Below, piece after piece: positions 57,639 through 64,000 of a stretch of DNA of 64,000 nucleotides (position 1 is its first letter; each line of letters opens with the position of its first letter). The notes beneath the pieces were generated by a model, which worked only from the letters and a program-made list of their open reading frames with translations, was not told the origin of the DNA and searched no databases. The stretch is from positions 128,001 through 192,000 of the forward strand of contig CAVPCR010000003.1 in NCBI GenBank assembly GCA_963702435.1, read 5' to 3'. Position numbers and translations under genes: made by a program. Origin of the DNA: Candidatus Eiseniibacteriota bacterium (GTDB lineage Bacteria > Eisenbacteria > RBG-16-71-46 > CAVPCR01).

Positions 57639-58960
57639 GCCCGCTCACCCTCCGCCGGAGCCGACGGCGCCGGCGCGGGCGGCCCGGGCGGGACGGGCAT
57701 GCCGGCTGCGGCTCGCGTCCCGGCCGTCACCCGCGATCCGGGCGGCAGGTCCATGCTCATGAAGTCCTCCGGGCGCGCGCCGAGATCGATGGTCGAGCTA
57801 CGCCCGATGCGCACGCCGGGCGGGATGACTGCGCTCTTGCCCGCGGTCACGATGCTCGAGCCGCCCGCACCCGGTTCGCTGCCCTCGCCGGCGGCGTATC
57901 CGACGATGGCGCCGGCGCCCACGCGGACGCGCTTGTCGAGGATGGCGAGGTCGACGCGCGCGCCGTGAGCGATGACGGCGTCGGAGAAGACGATCGAGCT
58001 CGCGACCGTCGCCCCCTCCTCCACGACGGCGCCCGGGAACAGGATCGAGTCGATCACGCGGCCGCGCACGATGGCGCCGTTGGCGACGAGCGAGCGCGTC
58101 ACCTCGGCGCCGCGCGCCACCTTGACCGGGGGCCGCTCCTCGGACGGCGTGTAGATGCGCCAGTCGGGATCGGCGAGCAGGAGGCGCGGGTGCGTGGCGA
58201 GAAGCTCCATGTTGGCGCGGAAGTAGGAGTCGATGGTGCCGATGTCGTCCCAGTAGCCGTCGAAGACGTGGCCGTTGACCGGCCGCCCTTCGCGCACGAG
58301 GGGCAGGATCAGATCGAGGACCACGTCCTTCGCCACGGCGCCCGGCCCGAGGCGCTCGTAGAGGAACCGCGTGTCGAAGACGTAGATCCCGAGGTTGGCC
58401 AGATCACCGCGCGGCACCGCGGGCTTCTCCTCGACGTCGACGACGCGCCCGGCGCCGTCGAGGCTCACGATGCCGAAGCGGCTGCGGTCCCAGTCCGGGA
58501 CCGGAGCGACCGTCATGGTCACCGGACAACCCGACTTGCGGTGCGCGCGCACGAGCTCCGCGTAGTCCATCTTGTAGACCTGATCGCCCGAGCAGACGAT
58601 GACCGAGCGGGCGCCCCAGTTCTCGAGCACGTTCAGGTTCTGCCCGATGGCGTCCGCCGTCCCGCTGTACCAGAGGGCCTCCTGCCGGCGGCCGTAGGCC
58701 TGGAGGAGCTTGACCCCGAGATCGCGGCGGTCGAGATCCCAGGTCTCGCCGGTCGCGATGTGATCGTTCAGCGAGACCGGAGCGTACTGGGTGAGGACCG
58801 CGACCCGGATCAGCTCGGAGTTGGCGCAGTTCGAGAGACAGAAGTCGATGACGCGGTACTTCCCGCCGAACGGCATGGCCGAGGCCGGACGGTGCTTGGT
58901 GAGAACGCCGAGACCCTGGCCCTGGCCTCCGGCGAGGATCATGCAGGCGGTCTGCCGCAT
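57635..58960 (-). CDS. GlgC paralog with degenerate catalytic loop (GlgD-like subunit)
   Basis: Same fold, but GGQGQGL replaces GGxGxRL and RPASAM replaces RAKPAV. Confidence 0.8.
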   Translation of the reverse strand: MRQTACMILAGGQGQGLGVLTKHRPASAMPFGGKYRVIDFCLSNCANSELIRVAVLTQYAPVSLNDHIATGETWDLDRRDLGVKLLQAYGRRQEALWYSGTADAIGQNLNVLENWGARSVIVCSGDQVYKMDYAELVRAHRKSGCPVTMTVAPVPDWDRSRFGIVSLDGAGRVVDVEEKPAVPRGDLANLGIYVFDTRFLYERLGPGAVAKDVVLDLILPLVREGRPVNGHVFDGYWDDIGTIDSYFRANMELLATHPRLLLADPDWRIYTPSEERPPVKVARGAEVTRSLVANGAIVRGRVIDSILFPGAVVEEGATVASSIVFSDAVIAHGARVDLAILDKRVRVGAGAIVGYAAGEGSEPGAGGSSIVTAGKSAVIPPGVRIGRSSTIDLGARPEDFMSMDLPPGSRVTAGTRAAAGMPVPPGPPAPAPSAPAEGERA

Positions 58961-59586
58961 GGCGCCTCCCGTAGCTCGCGGACGAGGGTCCGGACCGCCG
59001 CCGCCGGATCGGCGGCTTGCGCCACCGCTCCGATCACCGCGACACCGCCTGCTCCCGCCGCGAGCGCGGCGCCGGCGTTGGCGGCGGTGATCCCGCCGAT
59101 CGCGAGGACCGGGCAGCTCGCCGCGCGGCAGGCGGTCTCGAGCCCGCTCAGGCCGGCCGGCTTGAGACCCGGTTTCGAGGCGGTCGGGAAGACATGGCCG
59201 AAGAGGATCCAGTCAGCCCCGTCCGCGCCGGCGCGGGCCGCTCCCGTCGCATCGTGCACCGAGCGGCCGATGCGGAGGCGCCCGCCGGCGAGCGCGCGGA
59301 CCCGCGCCACCGGAAGCGATCGCTCGCCGATCTGCGCGCCGAAGGCGCCCGCGGCCAGCGCCACGTCCACGCGATCGTTGACGATCACGCGGAGCGACAT
59401 GCGCGCGAGATCCGACACGAGCCGGCCGAGCACGCGGCCGCCCAGGGCCGGCTCCCGGATCTGGAAGGCCCAGGCCCCGCCGGTCGCCGCCGCCTTGCCG
59501 AGCGCCGCGACGCGTGCCGGATCTCCGCTCCCGTCGCTCACCACCAGGAGTGCGGGGCGGTCGAGACCAAGCGTGGACGTACTCAT
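58939..59586 (-). CDS. Thiamine-phosphate synthase family (ThiE/TenI)
   Basis: QIRE, IVNDRVDVA, IGRSVH, GADWILFGHVFPTASKPG, LAIGGI. Confidence 0.85.
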   Translation of the reverse strand: MSTSTLGLDRPALLVVSDGSGDPARVAALGKAAATGGAWAFQIREPALGGRVLGRLVSDLARMSLRVIVNDRVDVALAAGAFGAQIGERSLPVARVRALAGGRLRIGRSVHDATGAARAGADGADWILFGHVFPTASKPGLKPAGLSGLETACRAASCPVLAIGGITAANAGAALAAGAGGVAVIGAVAQAADPAAAVRTLVRELREAPCGRPPA

Positions 59587-59596
59587 CGCCGCCAGG

Positions 59597-60391
59597 TCAG
59601 GAGCGCGGCGCCCCGGAGGCGCTGGCGAGCCCCGCCCCCGGGCTCGAGGTGGACGCGTACCGGCGGCGCTCCATGCGCCCGGCGCCGAAAGCGAGTCGTC
59701 CGGCCTCGACCGCGAGCCGCATCGCGCGCGCCATCGCCACGGGATCGCGCGCCAGCGCGATCCCCGAGTTCATGAGGATGCCGTCGACGCCGAGCTCCAT
59801 GGCGGCCGCCGCATCGGAGGCGGTGCCGACCCCGGCATCCACGATCACCGGGACCGCGACGCTCTCCCTGATGAACTGGATGTTGAGCGGATTCAGGATC
59901 CCCATGCCGGAGCCGATCGGCGAGGCGAGCGGCATGACGCAGGCGGCGCCCAGGTCGGCGAGCCGGCGGGCCGTGATCGGGTCGTCGTTCGTGTACGGAA
60001 GCACGGTGAACCCCTCGCGCACGAGATCCTCGGTGGCGCGGAGGAGGTCGACGACGTCCGGGAGGAGCGTCTCCTTGCTGCCGATGACCTCGAGCTTGAT
60101 CAAGTCGCCGAGCCCCGCCTCGCGGGCCAGGTGCGCGATGCGGATCGCATCCTTGGCCGAGTAGGCGCCCGCCGTGTTGGGCAGGATCGTGTAGCGCTTC
60201 CAGTCGAGCTCGTCGAGGATGTTGCCGGCGCCGCGCTTCGCGAGATCGACGCGGCCGATGGCGACGGTCACCATCTCCGCCCCTGAGGCTTCGATGGCAT
60301 TTCGCATCACGTCGCCGCTCGGATACTTGCCGGTGCCGACGATGAGCCTGGACTGAAAGCGATGCTGGCCGATGATCAGGTCGGATGACAT
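59597..60391 (-). CDS. thiG: Thiazole synthase
   Basis: [43 protein letters not shown]. Confidence 0.97.
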   Translation of the reverse strand: MSSDLIIGQHRFQSRLIVGTGKYPSGDVMRNAIEASGAEMVTVAIGRVDLAKRGAGNILDELDWKRYTILPNTAGAYSAKDAIRIAHLAREAGLGDLIKLEVIGSKETLLPDVVDLLRATEDLVREGFTVLPYTNDDPITARRLADLGAACVMPLASPIGSGMGILNPLNIQFIRESVAVPVIVDAGVGTASDAAAAMELGVDGILMNSGIALARDPVAMARAMRLAVEAGRLAFGAGRMERRRYASTSSPGAGLASASGAPRS

Positions 60392-60426
60392 GCGCGAATC
60401 ACCTCGTGCGCCGGGATGGCGGTGGG

Positions 60427-60455
60427 ATCGTAACCCCTGTGCGGAAGAGGGTCAA
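60427..60455 (-). promoter_or_regulatory. Internal sigma70 promoter TTGACC-N17-TACGAT between thiS and thiG
   Basis: Near-consensus hexamers with 17-bp spacing. Confidence 0.65.
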
Positions 60456-60526
60456 CTTGCGGCACCGGGGCGCGCATCGGCCGGGCGCGCTGCGGGGGGA
60501 TTCGTGGCGGGGGCCGGCGGACGGAC

Positions 60527-60727
60527 CTATCCCCCGGCGATCATCTGGATGATCTCGATGCGATCGCCGGGGGCGAGCACGGTCGCGGCGAGGTGGACCC
60601 GCCTCACGACCTCCTCGTTCCGCTCGACCACCACCACCTCGGGTTGGAGGCCGAGGGATTCGACGAGCTCGCGTGCGGTCATCCCCGCCGCGACCTCGCG
60701 CTCCTCCCCGTTCACGATCAGACGCAA
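60527..60727 (-). CDS. thiS: Sulfur carrier protein ThiS
   Basis: 66 aa, VNGE, VVERNEEVV, GDRIEIIQMIAGG with C-terminal GG; TTG start after GGGAGG. Confidence 0.92.
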   Translation of the reverse strand: MRLIVNGEEREVAAGMTARELVESLGLQPEVVVVERNEEVVRRVHLAATVLAPGDRIEIIQMIAGG

Positions 60728-60751
60728 GCTCGAGGTCCTCCCGCTGTCGGC

Positions 60752-61834
60752 TCAGAAGCTGTACGAGCCGCCGATCCGATGCGAGGAGTCGAAGGCGGGG
60801 TGATCGCCGACGAAGGCGTAGTCGATGCCGAAGCCGCGGTAGCGGAACCCGGCTCCGCCCCCGAGCGCGTCGGTGGTCGCCCCGAAGCGGAGGGCCAGCA
60901 CCCGCGCGTACCAGTACTCGATGCCGCCGTGGAAGTCGGCCCCGAGCACGGTCTCGCCGAAGGAGACGCCGCTCGCCGTCTTCCGGTTGTCGAAGCTCCA
61001 GTCCATGTCGCCGGCGACCGTGATCGAGCCGCGGATCTGCGCCACATCACGCGTGTACTGCGCGCCGATCTTGACCGTCGGCGCCACCGTTTCGCGGCGC
61101 CCCGAGTCCCAGGCCAGGAGCGTGGTGGTCACGTCGGCGACGCGGAGCCCCGCCGAGAAGGAGGTGGTCGGGAAGTACAGGAGGCCGAGGTCCGCGCCGA
61201 TGCCGAAGCTCGAGTTGCCGGGGAGCGACTGGCGGATGATCTTGGCGGTCCCGCCGATCGCCCAGGTCGAGCCGAGCCCGCGCGCGTACGAGATGAGGAA
61301 CGCCATCTCCGACTCGGAGTCGATCCGGTACGGGATGTTCTCGATGAAGAGGCGCTCCGATCCGTTGGGATCGTCGGGGTTGAAGTCCCACACCCCGTTG
61401 TCGTTCGTATCCTCGAAATCAACGCCGGGCCGCAGATCCTCGATCGGCGTGTCGCGGATCACGATATCGTCGACGGCGCTGCGCAGGAAGCCGAAGCCGA
61501 CCGACTGCGGGTGACCTCCTCCGGTCGCGGCGAGCGGCTGACGGAAGGAGATGAAGTCGTGGTTGACGAGGTCGCCGAACTGCTCGGCGTGCTCGGCCCA
61601 CACCTGGCGCTGGCTCCCGAAGACGAGCCCGGCCGGGTTCCAGTACACGCCGGTCGCGTCATCGGCCAGGGCCACGAACGCGCTCCCCATGCCGAGAGCC
61701 CGGGCACCGACCGGAATCTTCAAGAACTCCCCGGCGTACTTGTCGATGGCCAGCGCCGCCGGCGCCAGGGCGGCTCCGGCGCCCAGCGCCAGCGCGAGCA
61801 CGAGGACGAGGACCCGGCGGCGGAACGATTGCAT
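60752..61834 (-). CDS. PorV/PorQ-family outer membrane barrel (T9SS shuttle-like)
   Basis: Signal peptide, FLKIPVGARALGMG.AFVA.ADDATGVYWNPAGL, C-terminal IDYAF......SHRIGGSYSF. Confidence 0.85.
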   Translation of the reverse strand: MQSFRRRVLVLVLALALGAGAALAPAALAIDKYAGEFLKIPVGARALGMGSAFVALADDATGVYWNPAGLVFGSQRQVWAEHAEQFGDLVNHDFISFRQPLAATGGGHPQSVGFGFLRSAVDDIVIRDTPIEDLRPGVDFEDTNDNGVWDFNPDDPNGSERLFIENIPYRIDSESEMAFLISYARGLGSTWAIGGTAKIIRQSLPGNSSFGIGADLGLLYFPTTSFSAGLRVADVTTTLLAWDSGRRETVAPTVKIGAQYTRDVAQIRGSITVAGDMDWSFDNRKTASGVSFGETVLGADFHGGIEYWYARVLALRFGATTDALGGGAGFRYRGFGIDYAFVGDHPAFDSSHRIGGSYSF

Positions 61835-62025
61835 CACGATGCACACCTCCAGGAGGAGCCGTTCGGAACGACGCGGGCCTGGGCGATCCGGCGAGCGGCC
61901 GGGAACCGGCCGGCCGCCGGGTCGGACCCGCAGGCAACCGCGGGTGACACGCCCTTGCACAGCATACCCGCGCCAAAGGTTCCGGACCAGCCTCTCCCCG
62001 GCCCGCGCGGCTCCCCCGCCCCCGG

Positions 62026-62493
62026 TCAGATCCCGCCGGCGCTCTCGATCAGGGAACGCTCCATCCGCCAGTTGACGTACGCCTCGAGCCGGTTGTGATC
62101 GGCGGGGCTCAGATGGAGAAAGGCGATGCCGACCTCGTACCGCTCCGGCGCCTTGGCCCCGCCCCCTGCCGCCGGGGCGACCGGGTCGCAGCGGACGACG
62201 ATGCCCTCCGCCTCGATCGGGGTGCCCTCGGCCGCCGGCGCCTTGGCCGCGCCCCCCTTCGGTTTGGCCCCGGTGGGTTTGGCCCCGGCGGCCGCGGCAA
62301 ACGCCGGCAAGACGAGGGTCAGCTCGACCTTGGTCAGGGGTGTGAAGTAGCGGGGCGTGATGGCGTAGATGCCGCCGGCCGACAGGTTCATCGCCTCGGC
62401 TTCCACCTCGGGTGTGCCGAGTCCGACGAGCTGCACGTCGAGCTTGGTGGCCACGCGCCGGGACTTCCGTCGCTCCTTCGGATGCTGGCTCAT
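62026..62493 (-). CDS. Stand-alone PilZ-domain protein
   Basis: ERRKSRR, NLSAGG, VVRC...YEVGIAF..L. Confidence 0.85.
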   Translation of the reverse strand: MSQHPKERRKSRRVATKLDVQLVGLGTPEVEAEAMNLSAGGIYAITPRYFTPLTKVELTLVLPAFAAAAGAKPTGAKPKGGAAKAPAAEGTPIEAEGIVVRCDPVAPAAGGGAKAPERYEVGIAFLHLSPADHNRLEAYVNWRMERSLIESAGGI

Positions 62494-64000
62494 CGTCTGG
62501 CCTCCCCGGGCGACGCCTCCAGTGCGCCGCCCACGATGGTCAACTCGAGCTCCCGGCGCAACACCGAGAGCCGCTCGATGCGCACGTGCACCCGCTGGCC
62601 GAGAGCGAAGCGCGTGCCCGTGCGCCGGCCCGCGAGGGAATGCCCCCGCGCGCCCAGATCGTAACGGTCGGCCGGCAGGCGCTCGCGCGCCACAAAGCCG
62701 TCGACCGGAATCTCATCGAGGGTCACGAAGAGCCCCGCCGGCAGGGTCGCCGTGACCATCCCGCTCATCTCATCCCCAAGGCGATGGGCGAGAAGGCGCA
62801 GCGCCTTCACGCGCATCACGAGTCGCTCGGCGTCCGCGGCCACGACCTCGCGGGCGGAGGCGGCCGCCGCGAGCTCCTCCAGGCCGGGACGGTAGCGGTC
62901 GCGCACCGGGCGAAGCAAGTCTTCCCGATCGGCCCGCCGCCGCGCACGCGGCCCGCCGTCGCCCAGGGCCTCGGCCGCTGCGAGGAGCACGCGATGCGTG
63001 TGCAGATCCGGGTAGCGGCGGATGGGCGAGGTGAAGTGCGTGTACCCGGCGACGCCAAGGCCGAAGTGCCCTCGATCCACGGCATCGTAGCGCGCCTTCT
63101 CGAGAGAGCGCAGCAGATACATCGAGGCGAGCTCGCCGACGCCGCGCGCCTCCGCCATCCCGATCACGTCCCGGAGGACGGCGGGATCCGCCAGATTGAG
63201 GCCGTGCCGCGGGAGACCGAGCTCATCGAGGACAAGGCCGAACTCCATGAGCTTCTCCCAGCGCGGCCGCTCGTGCACCCGGAAGAGGATCGGCAGGTGC
63301 GCGGCGAGGGCCCAGCCACCGGTGAGCTCGTTGGCGAGGAGCATGAGCTCCTCGACCAGACGATGGGCGACCCCCTGGCGGCGCGGGATCAGATCGAGCG
63401 GATGCCCGAGCTCGTCCATCCGGACCCGGTACTCGGGCACGTCGAGATAGAGACCGCCGCGCGCCTCGCGGCGTTCGCGCAGGAGGGCCGTGATCGCACC
63501 GAGGCGGCGGAGCGCGGGGAGCCACGAGCGGTCCTCGTCGCCGTCTGGGGCGCCGCCGGGATGGCCGGTCGAGGCCGGTGGCGCCGGATCCTCCCCCGCG
63601 AGGAAGCGCTCGGCCTCCGCGTAGGTGAGCCGGCGGCGGCTCCGGATGAGCGAGCGGTCGAGACGCCACGCCACCACCCTCCCCTCGGGGTCGAGCTCGG
63701 CGCGCACGGAGAGCGCGGGGCGATCGAGCGCCGGCTTGAGGCTCGCGGCGTCGCTCGAGAGCGGCGCCGGCAGCATCGGCAGGACGAGACCGGGCAGGTA
63801 GGTGCTCGTTCCGCGCTCGACCGCCTCCCGATCGACGGCGCCGCCGGGTTCGACGTACCGGGCGACGTCGGCGATGTGGATTCCGACCTCGTCGTGGCCG
63901 CCGGGGAGCGATCGCCAGGACACGGCGTCGTCGAAGTCGGCAGCCTCCTCGGGATCGATGGTCACGGCGGGGAGCGCCCTCAGATCCACCCGGTCGCGCG
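62490..64000 (-). CDS. rnr: Ribonuclease R/II family (RNB + S1); 5' part lies beyond the window
   Basis: TIDP..A.DFDDA, HIADV, EELMLLAN, HFGLG...YTHFTSPIRRYPDL, C-terminal S1 domain. Confidence 0.88.
   Translation of the reverse strand, partial: RDRVDLRALPAVTIDPEEAADFDDAVSWRSLPGGHDEVGIHIADVARYVEPGGAVDREAVERGTSTYLPGLVLPMLPAPLSSDAASLKPALDRPALSVRAELDPEGRVVAWRLDRSLIRSRRRLTYAEAERFLAGEDPAPPASTGHPGGAPDGDEDRSWLPALRRLGAITALLRERREARGGLYLDVPEYRVRMDELGHPLDLIPRRQGVAHRLVEELMLLANELTGGWALAAHLPILFRVHERPRWEKLMEFGLVLDELGLPRHGLNLADPAVLRDVIGMAEARGVGELASMYLLRSLEKARYDAVDRGHFGLGVAGYTHFTSPIRRYPDLHTHRVLLAAAEALGDGGPRARRRADREDLLRPVRDRYRPGLEELAAAASAREVVAADAERLVMRVKALRLLAHRLGDEMSGMVTATLPAGLFVTLDEIPVDGFVARERLPADRYDLGARGHSLAGRRTGTRFALGQRVHVRIERLSVLRRELELTIVGGALEASPGEARR

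Noticed and set aside
60392..60752. TPP riboswitch for the thi genes
   Set aside because: No CTGAGA...CCTGA...AGCGTAGGGA pattern found; the space upstream of thiS is only 24 bp.

Overview
Very GC-rich bacterial chromosomal segment, probably from a metagenome assembly. Several secreted enzymes end in FlgD-Ig/T9SS-CTD-like tails and a PorV-like barrel is present, which suggests an FCB-group candidate lineage such as Eisenbacteria or Latescibacteria (inference only). Content is mostly housekeeping: scpA-scpB-rluB, serA, tRNA-Ala(GGC), tRNA-Leu(CAA), rpsU, queE, tdh, thiS/thiG/thiE, glgC plus a GlgD-like paralog, and RNase R. It also holds about nine peptidases, a TetR-TolC-HlyD-ABC efflux operon that is heavily frameshifted over ~13.3-18.2 kb, an OmpR-type two-component system, and an ImuA-less mutagenesis cassette (small DUF6504-like protein, DinB, DnaE2). 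No integrase, transposase, CRISPR array or rRNA was seen. Most notable unexplained signals: (1) a ~200-nt structured minus-strand RNA at 29.73-29.93 kb carrying a 14-codon ORF behind a ~16-nt extended Shine-Dalgarno; (2) the atypical mutagenesis cassette with its promoter and upstream triple repeat; (3) an AT-rich 11-7-11 palindrome inside a protease gene; (4) a second, short C-terminal sorting-like motif (SWGLIKTRY); (5) a four-fold 11-bp-phased OmpR-type operator; (6) GGA repeats in the aminopeptidase leader; (7) several apparently leaderless genes.
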